Shown here: positions 24,609 to 37,769 of the stretch, in pieces
How the letters are laid out: each line of letters starts with the position of its first letter
How positions within the stretch are numbered: the stretch's first letter is position 1
NCBI RefSeq assembly: GCF_006345805.1
Contig: NC_043004.1
Span: 21,452,001 to 21,516,000, forward strand
Length of the DNA stretch: 64,000 bases
Direction of reading: 5' to 3'
Origin: Octopus sinensis
Taxonomy: Eukaryota
The notes under the pieces: model-generated
What the model saw: the letters and a program-made list of their open reading frames with translations, nothing else
The model's database searches: none
Told to the model about the DNA's origin: nothing
Translations under genes and position numbers: made by a program

Positions 24609-25559
24609 CTAATAAAAAGGTAAATAAGGAGCTTTTATGTGTTTATTGAATTTCCAGAAATACAAAATGCATGCCAAATCATCCTTAAATCTCATCCTTC
24701 AATTTTAAATAAGATGCATTGGGTAATTTACTCCTAGATATACCATGTTTGTAAAAAGATCCTTGTGATAGTCATGGCTGGGATGTATTATGAGAGATTG
24801 TTGATCTGTTTCATCAAAGCTGATTGAACCCTTTGGTATTCAGATTACTTTCTCAAATGTGATCCTTATTTATATTATTTTGAATTACTCAGACATTGTC
24901 TTGTACCTTAAAGATTTCAATGATGTCAGTGTATATTTTTAGAATGACATTGTAGGGTAGGTATACAATGCCAGATCTGGCCAGCTTGATCATAAAATAG
25001 ACATAACATATAAACCAGATGAGGCTGTTTTAAATGCTAAAGGGTTAAGGCTTAAACATCAACTACCATCACTAATTTTCCATTCATCTGTAACTATTAA
25101 CTACATTTGTACTGCTACAACTGTTCCACGATGTGTAACACTATAACAGATGCTTACAAGCCCACACATGTAGTTTACAGAAGCTCATTTCTCTTGATTC
25201 TTCACTGGTAAGTTAATACAGATTGTATGTATATCTGCCATTAGAATATTGATAAGCTGACAGAAATTTGAAAATTAATCTTTCCAGGTTAATTTCAATG
25301 TGCTAATTAATATATATTATAAAGGCTAATTCTGTCACTAATAGCTAATTTATACACAGCCTGCCAGCTTTTCACTACATTACTGGCTGTTCGGCCAGTA
25401 TTCTATTATATAGATTTGACTGATTTTCTCTCTGGCTTTTGGTGCCTGGCTTCCAGCTGCTGATAATCTGCAATATGGTGAAATCACATGATATGGTAGT
25501 GCCATACACTGGTGCTGACAAAAATTAGTCAATTGATATAGAATTTCGATACTGGTGAT

Positions 25560-25880
25560 TTTCTGTGCTTGAGAAGATACATCAAATTTAATTGAACCAT
25601 TGTTATGGCCAGTGCTGGTAATGCATGAAAGGCACCCGTTGCCAGTGACATGTTAAAAGCACTGGTGCTGGTGACATGTAAAAAGCACCCATGCCAGTGA
25701 TACGTTAAAGGCACCCAGTACACTCTTTGGAGTGGTTGGCATTAATAAGGGCATCCAACCACAGAAATCATGCCAAAACAGACTGGAGCATGATACAGCT
25801 CTCCAGCTTACTAGCTCCAGTCAGACTGTCTACCTTATACCAGCATGGAAAACAGACATTACATGATGATAACAATAATG
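25560..25880 (+). mobile_element. Old RTE 3' tail
   Basis: Four degenerate aaaagcacc subrepeats, gagtggttggcattaataagggcatcc and cagcatggaaaacagac. Confidence 0.75.
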
Positions 25881-26006
25881 ACAAATTGATTTTCCAGATT
25901 GTTTACTGCAGCCTAAGCAACTCATCCAGGTTAGGATGGATTTGCTAATCTATATAGTATGCACAATATATACTTACATATTTGCAAATACATTCATAAA
26001 TATATA

Positions 26007-26851
26007 CAGGGAGCAGTGAATAAACTGTTGTTTAAATAACGCAAAAATGAAAATAACCCTGACATCTCATTATAACAGATATATTTACCAAAATTACATA
26101 GAATTATCTTGAAATACTAAAGTGTTAATTTATTCAATAAAATCCCCATTGGTTTCAACCAGGGCCTCCAGACAACTTCAGAATCTCCTGCAACTCTTCT
26201 GGATGGTCTATTTGTTTAAGTTGGTGAATGCTGCCATAATTCTTGCCTTCAGTTCATCTTTGGCATTACAAAGAGTTTTGTTGGTCTCTCACTCAATTGC
26301 ATAATAATCAAGGGGCTACAGTCTGGTCAGATATTAGTGATGATGTAGTAGAAGAAATTGTCTGACAGCCATGACTGGGTTCTCCTGCCTGTGTGGAATG
26401 GTGCAGGGTCCTGTTGCCAGACATTGGGTGTTCCAGCATCTACCCTCTTGATCCAGGGCAGCACTGCCTCCTCCAGGCTCTTGATGTAGGCCTCCATGTT
26501 GAGTCTGAGACGATGAGGAAGGGTGAATGGAGGCATAATGCCAAACACCATGATGTTGACTGGATGTTTGATTTTTATCACTTTCAGTACATATTCTCAG
26601 TTTGTACTGTTCTGAGATTGACACCCAAACACTGAAATGTTCGTATTGGAGCTTCCACCCTGAATGCCAAGCTGTACAGCATTTTGTTTCCAAATTTCTA
26701 GCAGAGTGAATTGTGTCATGGTACTGTTTTCCTAACAGACAGTGCCCAACTAACCCTACTATACTGTATAGTCAACAAAATCAAAAATCAAACAATGTGC
26801 ATGTGTGAAATTAAAAATATGAAATAATGACAATTTACCCATCACACCCTG
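26007..26851 (-). mobile_element. Internally deleted maT/DD37D-like Tc1-mariner element
   Basis: ORF 26327-26581 KHPVNIMVFG..MPP...WIKRVDAG.PNVWQQDPAPFHT.RRTQSWLSDNF, followed by PDCSPLDY and TKDELKARIMAAF. Degenerate caggg TIRs with TA flanks; N-terminal ATG at 26719. Confidence 0.8.
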
Positions 26852-26902
26852 TACATATACACAATATATTTATATATATGTATATGCATATAGATTTATA
26901 TG

Positions 26903-27115
26903 TGAAGGCACATGGCTTAGTAGTTAGGGTGTTGCATTTATGATTGTGAAATCATGGGTTTGATTCCCAGACCGAGTATTGCATTGTGTTCTTGAGCAAA
27001 ACACTTCATTTCACATTGCTATGCAATCATTTCATCATCTGATATGTGGCACACTGTGCAACTGTTCAGATAATGTTGATTTGAAGGATGGAGTGAGCTT
27101 ATGTGAACACAAGCA
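26903..27115 (+). mobile_element. Second tRNA-head SINE family with CORE-like segment
   Basis: A box tggcttagtagtt, B box ggtttgattccc, CORE-like tgtgttcttgagcaaaacacttc. Confidence 0.7.
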
Positions 27116-27118
27116 TAG

Positions 27119-27656
27119 GCACAGGAGTGGCTGTGTGGTAAGTAGCTTGCTTACCGACCGCATGGTTCTGGGTTCAGTCCCACTGTGTGGTACCTTGGGC
27201 AAGTGTCTTCTACTATAGCCTCAGGTCAACCAAAGCCTTGTGAGTAGATTTGGTAGACAGAAGCTGAAAAAAGCCCGTCGTATATATGTATATATATGTT
27301 TGTGTGTCTGTGTTTGTTCCCCTAACATCACTTGGCAACTGATGCTAGTGTCTTTACATCCCCGTAACTTAGCATCGGTTGTCAAGTGATGTTAGGGGGA
27401 CAAACACAGACACACAAATATATATATATATATGACGGGCTTTTTTCAGCTTCTGTCTACCAAATCTACTCACAAGGTTTGGTTGACCTGAGGCTATAGT
27501 AGAAGACACTTGCCCAAGGTACCACACAGTGGGACTGAACCCAGAATTAGTACTAGGCTTACAAAGAATAAGTCCTGGGGTCGATTTGCTTGACTAAAGG
27601 CGGTGCTCCAGCATGGCCACAGTCAAATGACTGAAACAAGTAAAAGAGTAAAGAGT
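27119..27656 (+). mobile_element. Main-family SINE containing an inverted duplication of its own 5' half
   Basis: Forward head and body 27119-27370, inverted copy 27371-27546, forward tail 27547-27656. Confidence 0.92.
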
Positions 27657-27875
27657 GTTTGATCACTATAAGCAAATCATCTTGTTTGGAAAGAAATTAC
27701 TGAACCCACATATGTCGTCTAACAACTGGAGAGTCCATGATAGATTTATATATACTCATATAGAAACATTTTTACATGCAAACATACATACGTAAAAACA
27801 CTTGCACACATACACAAGCTTAATACGCATACATTTCTTGATGTTCTGCCATACATCTCTTTCTTTTTCTTCTGT

Positions 27876-28251
27876 ATTTACTCTGTTTACTTGTTTCAGT
27901 CATTTGACTGCAGCCATGCTGGAGCACCGCCTTTAGTCGAGCAAATCGACCCCGGAACTTATTCTTTGTAAGCCTAGTACTTATTCTATCGGTCTCTTTT
28001 GCTGAACCGCTAGGTGATGGGGACATAAACACACCAGCATCGGTTGTCAAGCAATGCTAGGGGGACAAACACAGACACACACATACATATATATACATAT
28101 ATACGACAGGCTTCTTTCAGTTTCCGTCTACCAAATCCACTCACAAGGCATTGGTCGGCCCAGGGCTATAGCAGAAGACACTTGCCCAAGATGCCACGCA
28201 GTGGGACTGAACCCGGAACCATGTGGTTGGTTAGCAAGCTACTTACCACAC
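27876..28251 (-). mobile_element. Young main-family SINE (CpG-rich)
   Basis: Near-consensus reverse copy retaining CpGs (gtcgagc, cccggaa, gaaccgc, ggtcggcc). Confidence 0.93.
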
Positions 28252-29389
28252 AAAATATCTGAAATTATTAAGTAATTACTGATATGCTAAACAGGTTATT
28301 TTGACAATTAAATATTTACTAAAGAGTATAACTATCATAACTGTGGCTCCAGCTTTTATTTTACACTTTCTGTGAAATTGGACAAAATAGATTGTTATAA
28401 ATAAATATTGATACAATTCCTCCCCAGGCAGTCAAAGGGGAAACACTGGCTCTTTTTCTGCTCATGAAAAAACTTTTTAAAACATTTGCTTAGGCATTGG
28501 TCTACAATATTTCTTTGTATATACAGTCTCCTGTAAAATCTTGTACTTCCTTTACATTAGATATACTCCATATTATAGTAAAAGTGTTTCCAAGTCATTT
28601 GGCATTTTGATCCAGTTTGAAGCATAAACAAAATTTTGCAAACCAGATAAAGGCAATGATTTCTAAAAACCCTATTCATAATGTAAGCCAACATAGATTA
28701 TAACTTTAATAATATTAACAAATAAATGAAGTAAAGAATATAGCATGTTAGCAAAATTTGTGTGCAGGTATATATGGGAAAATCTCATCCATGTAGTATA
28801 TATACAGTCCTGTAAAGTAAGAGTCCTTAGAGTGAGAATAGATAGAAATTATTGAAATGGTAGCATACTTTTATTGAAAAAATCAATGCTTGGTAGAAAG
28901 CTTACTCTGATCTTCCAGTATCATTCATACCGCTAGAACCCATTATGACAAAAAATGTAAAATTGATACAAAATAACAACAAAAACCCTTCTTTAGTTTG
29001 GCTTGTCATGTGTAAGCAAAATGAAGGAGGAATAATTAATTTTTAGGACATAGATTAATAAGCTTCTTTCCTTTTAGTTGAGATTAAAGATTTCCTCAGG
29101 ACCACTGATTTTTATTTAAAAAAAAACAAAAAAACAATGTTAATCATGACACTAGTAAGATTCCAACCCTGATTGCTTACTATTGATAAATATTCTAAAA
29201 TTCATATAACAATAATATATATTTTTTTTACATAAAATTGAGCTATATCTTAGACTAAACATTGATCTAGGCTGGATCTAGCTTGTAAGCCATATGTTTG
29301 ACACCCCTGCACAATTATGTAGTCTAATTTTATGTTTCTTTGAAGGATTAAAACTAATAAATAAATCAAAACTGAATATGAGTAATACT

Positions 29390-29700
29390 AATACCACTAA
29401 CCTGTGACCATTGAATTGTACCAACTGATTTCTACCATTTACCCATACTCTGACTACAACTACTGAATTATTCCACTAACATATACCATTCAATCATATC
29501 TCTGCTACCAATGATTTCTATCACTGACCACTATCATTAAGCCATGTGACTGATACTTACCACTGACCAATTACACAGACCAATGCCACACACATCTACT
29601 ACTGACTACTATATAACATTTAACACTAACCCATGATACTAATCCTTATAACTGGGCCTACCAGTGATTCATATTCTGACCAATACCACTGACATAGCTT
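29390..29700. repeat. Degenerate accactgacc-like tandem tract
   Basis: Recurrent accact(g/a)ac and ctactgac motifs with irregular spacing. Confidence 0.6.
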
Positions 29701-31089
29701 AGATTAGGTGACTCTGTAGGAGAACTAATAAACTTATGAACAACATTATATATGGCCAGTCAATGCTCTAGGAACAGTCGCCAAACTGCATTCAAATCTT
29801 ATCTCATTGTCTTAAAATAAGGGAAAGAAACAGATAATTCAATCTAATTACCATGTATATATTCTATTGGTTTTCCTGAGTTCTATATACCTACCAAAAG
29901 TGGAAATGTTTCTTTATAATCATTTTGTTCTCACAAATTTATAATCATTTTGTTCTTACAAGTTTATAATTGAATCTGGTTGAAATTTTTTTCAAATCTA
30001 ATAATGCGTGCTCAGAAATACTAATTAAGTCATACTCAAGTTGTATTAGTCATAGTAATTATCTGAAATTTTTTTTTTTTTTTTACTTGTTTCAGTCATT
30101 GCAATTTGCCCATGCCAATACTTTTGCCATAGTTTTATGTGCAATACAGTAACCCATCCTGTAATAACAACCACTGCTAGATTTAACCTCCTCTACCCAA
30201 TACAGAGTTAGAGCAGTCATGATTGGGTTGTCTTTGACTGTAGATCACCTATCTCAGAGCTGACCAGGGGCTAAATGGCAACACATAAAAATTGTATTTC
30301 TTCATTGGTAAAGAAAATAAATAAGTATCTCAGATGTTTTATTGGTTCTGTTCATGACAGATCTCTGCTATAAATCTAACAGAAGCAAAGAGATTACTAT
30401 GGCTACCCTACATCATCAAGCACTGTCATCGTTTATTTTCTCAGTTTTACTCTTAGTAAAATACGTTTTTTTTTTTTTACTATCTAATCTATCAGATATT
30501 GCATCTATTTCTCCTGTAGTTGTGACACAGGTTTCTGAATGATTCCTTTTAGCTGACCTCTGAGAAAACGTTTAGCTTCACCAGAAGATTTCACTTTCTT
30601 TGAAATATTTTGGGATAATCTTCTTAACTTCTATACACACACAAATGTGATGTGAATTATTTGTTACTTGATAATTTATTCACAATTGCAGTATTGTTCA
30701 ATGGCAATTCTTTCTATGATTTTCCTATATCCTATTCAAGTTTTGCAACAAAGCTTAATAGGAAGTCTGAGAAGATTTTGATTCTTGTTAAAGAATTTAA
30801 CAATAATAAGATATAGCATGATTAAATCTTATCTTTATAATGAGACAAAACTAATAGAAACTGTTCCATAATTTATTTTGGAATATTTGTTTGCCTATTT
30901 TTGATAAAGAGATTCATTATTTGCCTATCTAAAATTCCTTTTGATAATTAGAATTATTATTATTTACTTATAAAATATTCTTTACTAAATAAATTCATAG
31001 ATATTCTAATATCTTTCAACAGGGCCTACTTCGTGATTTACTGTCGTTAAATGTATGACTCTGTTGAATAATGATTCTTATTTTAGTTT

Positions 31090-31096
31090 ATATGTT

Positions 31097-31130
<34 letters not shown>

Positions 31131-31242
31131 CATACATACACACATATACACACACACACATACACACATACACGCACACACACATACACACATATATATA
31201 TATATATATATATAATATATATATATATATATGTATGTATAA

Positions 31243-31328
<86 letters not shown>

Positions 31329-31352
31329 AAGTATGTATAAGTATATGTATAC
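31090..31352. repeat. Compound (TA)n/(CA)n microsatellite
   Basis: Seen directly in the sequence. Confidence 0.95.
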
Positions 31353-31653
31353 ATAATAGTTGAATACTTGAAGTCATTTTAATCTTGAAATGCTATTTGT
31401 TAGTAGTATAAGAAATTCATTTTAAACATATACTAATAGCTAGTCTTTAGTAAAAGACTGATTCAACATCCCGGGGGCTTGCTTTCAAGGGCTGTGTCAA
31501 TCATAACAAAACTAATTATAAATTCAGTCTGGTAATATTGATCTTTGTTTGGGGACTACTAAGTTACAGGACATAGAAAGACTTTACTCCAACACAGACA
31601 TAGACACAAATACATGCAGATATATTCACACTTACACACATACATCATATATA

Positions 31654-31897
31654 TTCTTTTATTCTTTTACTTGTTTCAGTCATTTGACTGTGGCCGTGCT
31701 GGAGCATCGCCTTTAGTTGAAAAAATCGCCCCCAGGGCTTATTGTTTGTAAACCTAGTACTTATTATGTCAGTCACTTTTGTCAAACTGTTAAGTTATGG
31801 GGACATAAACACACCAACACCAGTTGTCAAGTGATGGTTGCGAACAAACACAGACACACACATACAAATATATATATATATGTATATATGTGTATGT

Positions 31898-31943
<46 letters not shown>

Positions 31944-32096
31944 CAAGCTTCTTTCAGTTTCCTTCTACCAAATCCATTCACAAGGATTTGATTGGCCCGA
32001 GGCTATAGTAGAAGATAATTACCAAGGTGGAATGCAGTGGGACCAAATCTGGACCCATGTAGTTGGGAAGCAAGCTTCTTACCAGACAGCTGCTCC
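31654..32096 (-). mobile_element. Full-length main-family SINE
   Basis: Tail, expanded TA linker and head in reverse. Confidence 0.9.
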
Positions 32097-32269
32097 ATAT
32101 ATATGTGTGTGTATGCATATCTATCTATCTGTATGCTTGTATAAGTGTGTGCGTGCTCATTTAAAATGTCATAGAACTGATACCTCAATATCAAGAATAT
32201 TATAACTCATGAAAATCACCAACAGCCCACTTCCATTTGTAACTTTTATGGTCCTGAGTCTTGCCCACA

Positions 32270-32580
32270 TGTCAAGGTGTATATGATAAACTCTGTAGAA
32301 GTAACAGCAGAACTTCAAGATAACTTCATAGGAAAGAAGAATTACATTGGGTTATGTGAAGTTGGTTTCAAAAATATGTATGCCAGCCACCTATCTTTCT
32401 TGCACATCAACAAAAGTAATGCAACTGAGTTAGCTGGATGTGTGTGGAGATCAACTCCACACCACATAAAATTAAGTGGATAATTGTGGAGAAATCCAAG
32501 CTATATGATAATGGGTGTAAGAAATGCAGCTTATTCATAGCTGAAAGATCTCATATTCTTAGATCCATGGTGTTCTACAT
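32270..32580 (+). mobile_element. Penelope-like element GIY-YIG endonuclease remnant
   Basis: ORFs 32277-32483 and 32438-32641 give VY...NYIGLCEVGFKNMYASHLSF.HINKSNATELAGCVW and IKWIIVEKSKLYDNGCKKCSL.IAERSHIL, matching the PLE GIY-YIG pattern (YIG..FK.RY..H..SF; STELS..W; C.LC..EK). Confidence 0.75.
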
Positions 32581-32978
32581 AACCATCCTTTCTGATCATG
32601 GATTTACTGAAAAAACACCCAATCTAACTGGGTTTAATTAGACCCTTCCACCTTCCTGGACATAATGAACTACAACAAATATCATTGATTGAGAACTTTC
32701 TTCCACTGTCTTACTTATATCTCTCCAATTATGGAATACCCAACTTACAGAATCTTCGCTCAATATAATTCTCCAATAACTGAGATATCCCAGAGACAGC
32801 TGTCATAAACAATATTTTTTCCTATCTTTAACCATTCGTTATGTAGCTAGATTAGACTGAATTAATTTAAATTAAATATTCTTGACATGTCTTGCTTAAT
32901 TGTTTGCCTTTCCTCACTGCTTTAACACATACACACATACACACATACATGAGGTGGTATCAAAGAGTTCCTGGATTA

Positions 32979-33122
32979 CTCTTTTACTTGTTTCAGTCAT
33001 TTGACTGTGGCCATGCTGGAGCACTGCCTTTTAGTAGAGCAAATCGACCCCAGGACTTATTCTTTGTAAGCCTAGTACTTATTCTACAGGTCTCTTTTGC
33101 CGAACCACTAATGTTACGGGGA
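32979..33122 (-). mobile_element. Main-family SINE 3' tail inserted in the mariner
   Basis: ctcttttacttgtttcagtcatttgactgtggccatgctggagcac...ttttgccgaaccactaa. Confidence 0.9.
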
Positions 33123-33686
33123 TTAATTAATTTTTAACAAAAAATAACTTAATTACCAAAGTTTAACATCAGTTCCTTCAAAATAGTCACCAGTCTCAAC
33201 ATTCCTGCAACAAAACATCTGGCTTGGAAGTCATTTTTCATAAAGAAGTTGAGGACCTTTTGCGATTCACTCTTGATTTTGACAATGGTGTTAAAACAGC
33301 GACCTTTGAGCTGCGTTTTCATCTTCCAGAAGAGATGGAAATCTGCAAGTGCTAAATCTGGCAAATATAGTGGGTGTGGAAGTAATACCAAATTGTTTTT
33401 AGTAAGAAACTCACAAGTGAGGTGAGCTCAGTGACGGTGCATTGTCGTCATGAAGAATCCAGATGTTAGGATTGCCTGCCTGGAACTATACGACAGACCA
33501 ACAACATTAGCAATGTTGTTGATTTTCATCCGACGACCCTCATGGACAAGCTGATGAATTTTCTCCTCATTTCCGGTGGGGTGTGGTGGAGGGATGCCTG
33601 TGGCTGTGCTTCCAAGTGTGAGAGGTTAGATCTGGCCTGTTGGAGCATAAAACAAAGAATATTTTGGCCTTTTTAAATGTTAAAGC

Positions 33687-34545
33687 AGTAATTCTCAACC
33701 AGGGTCCTTATGAACCCTGAGGGTCCATATGAACCCTGAGGGTCCATATAACAAAATAGTAAATTAGGGATCCAAGCATTTTAAGGGCACCTGAAAGAAT
33801 TTTGCTTTAGATGTATGTAGTAGTATGTATTGCAAGTAACAGTTAGGTTTCTTTCTCTAACATTTTCAACCTACCTAAGTTAATGTGTGAAAAACAAAAC
33901 AGGAATTTTGAAAGAAGTTTCTATCATCTTTCAGGGACGTTCTTCCACTTTTGAAGTGCTTGTGCGAAATGCATAGTGGTATTTCGTCTGCCACTAAGTT
34001 CTGAGTTCAAATTCCGCTGAGGTCGACTTTGCTTTTCATCCTTTCGGGGTCAATAAATTAAGTACCAGATATGCACTGGGGTCGATATAATCGACTTAAT
34101 CATTTTGTCCGTCCTTGTTTGTCCTCTCTATGTTCAGCCCCTAGTGGGCAGTAAAGAAATAAAAAACAGTGATGTCACTTGGCGCACTGCCTCATGAAGG
34201 TTACTGCTAACTCTCACTGTATACACAACTATGTACTGCCATCTGTTGGTGTGCTACAGAGCTAAAATATAGTCACAACATACATACATCTGTATATGTA
34301 TACATACACACATATACTATGAGCTTCTTTCAGATTCTGTTAATCCGATTCACTCACAAGGCAGTTGGAGACTACAGGAGGAGGCACTTGCCCTATGTGC
34401 AACACGATGTGAGTGAACCTGAGGAATTTTGAAAGAAGTTTCTATAAAACTAGTTTTTAAACTTCATGTGGCTATGGGGTGTGGTCCACCAAAATAAAAT
34501 AGTAATCAAAGGGATCCATAGATAAAAAATGGTTGAGCAATCACA
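33687..34545. mobile_element. hAT/Charlie-like MITE split by a 497-bp block
   Basis: Ends cagtaattctcaacc and ggttgagcaatcac. An identical 24-bp aggaattttgaaagaagtttctat occurs at 33901-33924 and 34422-34445. Confidence 0.65.
33961..34165 (+). mobile_element. 5'-truncated Deu/Nin-domain-like SINE
   Basis: gagttcaaattccgctgaggtcgactttgcttttcatcctttcggggtcaataaattaagtacc. Confidence 0.88.
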
Positions 34546-37500
34546 ACCAAGAGAATACTTGTTTATTAACGTATTTCCTCATTTCTGATATGTTTATACA
34601 TTCCTAATCTGGTTCTGGTAAGAAAAGATAATAGTTTATAATAGTTTATTGATTCTTGTTAACATTTTCTTTCATCCTCATCTATTTTTACTAATTGATA
34701 TATCATGTGATAGATTTGGTATGACATCATATCTATTATTAAAACCTTAGTTTTCACAATATCTATCTATAATTACATTTTTCATATGTTTAATAATTGT
34801 TTCTGATACAACCTGATTATTGGATTGCATATAAACCAATATGACCTTCCCAAATAAAAAGATAAAAAGACTTCTTTCTATTCATTTAATCTCTTTTACA
34901 TTTTAAAGCAATTTCTGATGATATTTTGGGTTGTATAATTTAATGCCAGGGAATATCTTTGCTCTTCTTTTCCTGGTTTCATTAGCATAAATGGATGCTG
35001 AAAGAACTTTATCCTTTAAGATTTTTTTTTTATCTTTATATCGATCTTGTTGGATTTCTAAACTAGCAACATGATGTGAATAAAACAGCTTTAAGTTTTA
35101 CTAATTTTGTCTTCTCTACCAAACTGTATTTTACTATCAACTGTACCGCTCTGATAAATGATCTTTATAGCATCTATTTGTTGATCTCCTGTCTTGATGG
35201 GTGGCTCTTCAAAGAGATAAATCTTTTGAAATGCGATTTTAGTGCTGCTTCACTGAAGACTGTCATACTGTGTGTGCAACTGGCTGCAATTAAAGTGATA
35301 GCATCAGTGAAGTTGAGCTAAGTTAGCCATCTTCCAAGCTATGGGATTTCATGTTCTTAGTCATAAAGAACAGAAATCAACCAAAATAAGAGATGGATTG
35401 AATGAAACACAGCTTTGTCTAAATGTCCAGTAAAAATGTCAAAAAGTTGGTCATTTCACTGGACATATTTTACACACATTGTAAATATTGCCTCTGGCAG
35501 TTTGAATGGATCAAATCAGTGTAAAATACAATCATATCTTGAACAAAATTATCTAACGTGTTTGTCTTTTTTATTTTAATGTCAAGATATGATTTGATGG
35601 AAATTTAGCTACTATTTCTATCAAATTTCTGAGAGAAACAATGCAATAAGTATAAAGGGGTTGCTAAGAGGAACAGCATTATAGACATTGAGCTTTTTAA
35701 AAATACAGTGCAGTTGGTATATATTGGTTGTTAAGAAACACAGCACAGATGGAAACTGTACAGGATATGTAGAGAGGTAGAACTGGTAGTCGTGTAGCGA
35801 ATAGCACTGCTTCACTATAACAACATTACAATTCATTATAATCATGTAATCAATTGTACTGCTTCTCAGAGACAACACAATTCATGAATGACTTCTCTTG
35901 ATACATGAATTTGTATCTTGAAGTTCTATACCTGAACATTATCTTAATTATACTTTCACTGATGGTATTATCTGCATCATACAATCAGTGAAGCTTTCAA
36001 TTAAATTTAAACTAGAACACTCATAGATTTTATTTACCATCCGCCTCCCTACATCATATGAAATTTATCTATTCATTTTAGTTACTGTGATGATAGCCTA
36101 TCACATCAATTCTACGAACCTTGTTAGTAATCTTCTACTTTCACAGTTTTTACCTTATTGTAGGAAATGTAGTATAATTTCTTCAAGGACACTTCGTAGG
36201 AAGCCTAAAGTTAATGATTGATTTGAAAGCTTAGAATTTAAATAAAAACTAAGATATGATGATCATGGTGATGCTGGTGGTATTACAAAAAAAAAAAAAG
36301 AAAATTATCATAAAGATAAGAAAACTATAAAATTCAGAAATTATTCTCAGGTAAAGTTAAATGCATTTTAAAAGCACTTAACTGAAATTTGAAAGCTGAA
36401 TATTTTAATAATACTTCATTTTTCTGTCATTTATTAATACATTATATGTATATAATATTTTTTACATTATCTACATATGTTCATTTATGTATGTTTTACT
36501 CAATCAAGAAAGAAAATTTGTTTTCTTGAAACCTTTTTTTTTTTATTTCCCCTTGTTAGTAGAAAGATATTCTTAGAGGCAGATTGTAAACTTTAAAATA
36601 TCTCATTCTTTCTTGTGAATTTTCTCTCTACTGTTTCACGTTCTATTTCAATCAATGACTTTTTTCTTGCCTTTTTATTAATTGTTGTAAGCAGAAGAGA
36701 TGATGAGCTTGGCAGCTTAATTTATATTTATTTGAGAGGGATATTATATTTGTGAATAACATTACATGGGTAGAGTCAATTCCATATTCATTAGGTGTAT
36801 GTAATAATAGTAAAAAGAACAGTTTCTTGACTGCTAAATTGATTTTGCATGTGTAATTGTTCGCATTCTATATCAAGCAAAGATTACTTAACAATCTTTT
36901 GTATCTTCTCTAAAAGGAACAGCTATTATCCCTTTTAAATATAATTTACACATGCTCGTATCATTTGTAGAACCACCACAAATCTAAAGATCTCTAAAGA
37001 AGAAATGTGACTGATTTTGTTATCAACATTTTATTCTGAAGATGTCTATCTCCAATATTTAGTCAGCTTTTCCAGTCTATGAAAACAGAAACACATATTG
37101 ATTTTTTTAATGTTAGTTGATACTTTGATGTAAAGTTTTAAGAAAACGTCTTATAAAAACTGAACTTGAACCTATGCTGGCACTATTTATATTTATTCAG
37201 AAGAATGAAATATAAGTCTTCTATGGAAATATTTGAGTATAGACACTAAAATATTAATAAATTAAGAACAAAACAAATATTTTCTTTTATTTCTCATCTG
37301 AAAATGATGAAAATGATATTTAAAATACAAACTCGATCATAATCGATATCTCTAACTAATTCCAATATATATATATATATATATATATCACATTTTAGTT
37401 AAGTTAGAATGTTAGGGCATGAGAAAATTCCCTGGTAGTATTTGTTTCAGCTCTTTCTCATGTGTTTAACCATTTTGATACCAATCCAGCTTAAATTGCT

Positions 37501-37769
37501 TCTGGCTCTGTAGTGCAAATCTCGTGTTTTCAAAAGTTCTGAATTAAAATCTTCCAGCAAACCTTAGTCATAATTTATATTTCTAACACTAGCTTAATGA
37601 TAACTGAGTTATTTTACGAAATTCTTTGTTATATTTAAAATTAATTGAAAGAAACTCAGAATATCTCTACAGAAATACGGTAAAAAAAGGTTAAATCCAG
37701 CTAAGGCTGACTTTTCTTTTCAAGTACCATTTGGTTCCCCTCATTCTCAAGATGAGTTTAAGTAGTTAC

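Larger units (their letters stand above)
32948..34285 (-). mobile_element. Fragmented, internally deleted mariner interrupted by two SINEs and a displaced block
   Basis: TIR-like gaggtggtatcaaagagttcctgga at about 32950, C-terminus LPHPLYLPDLALADFHLF (33149-33391) and WILHDDNAP. N-terminal KIHQLVHEGRRMKINNIANVVGLSY and SGHPST reach 33600; KHFKSGRTSLKD lies at 33925-33960. Confidence 0.8.

Noticed and set aside
25181-25287. Plus-strand donor ctg|gtaagt at 25208 and acceptor ttccag at 25287
   Set aside because: The flanking frames are short and uninformative, and the donor is absent from the duplicated copy at about 23530.
35100-35260. Minus-strand protein-like stretch KIYLFEEPPIKTGDQQIDAIKIIYQSG
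   Set aside because: It is bounded by stops, has weak splice signals and shows no recognisable homology; only RNA-seq could rescue it.
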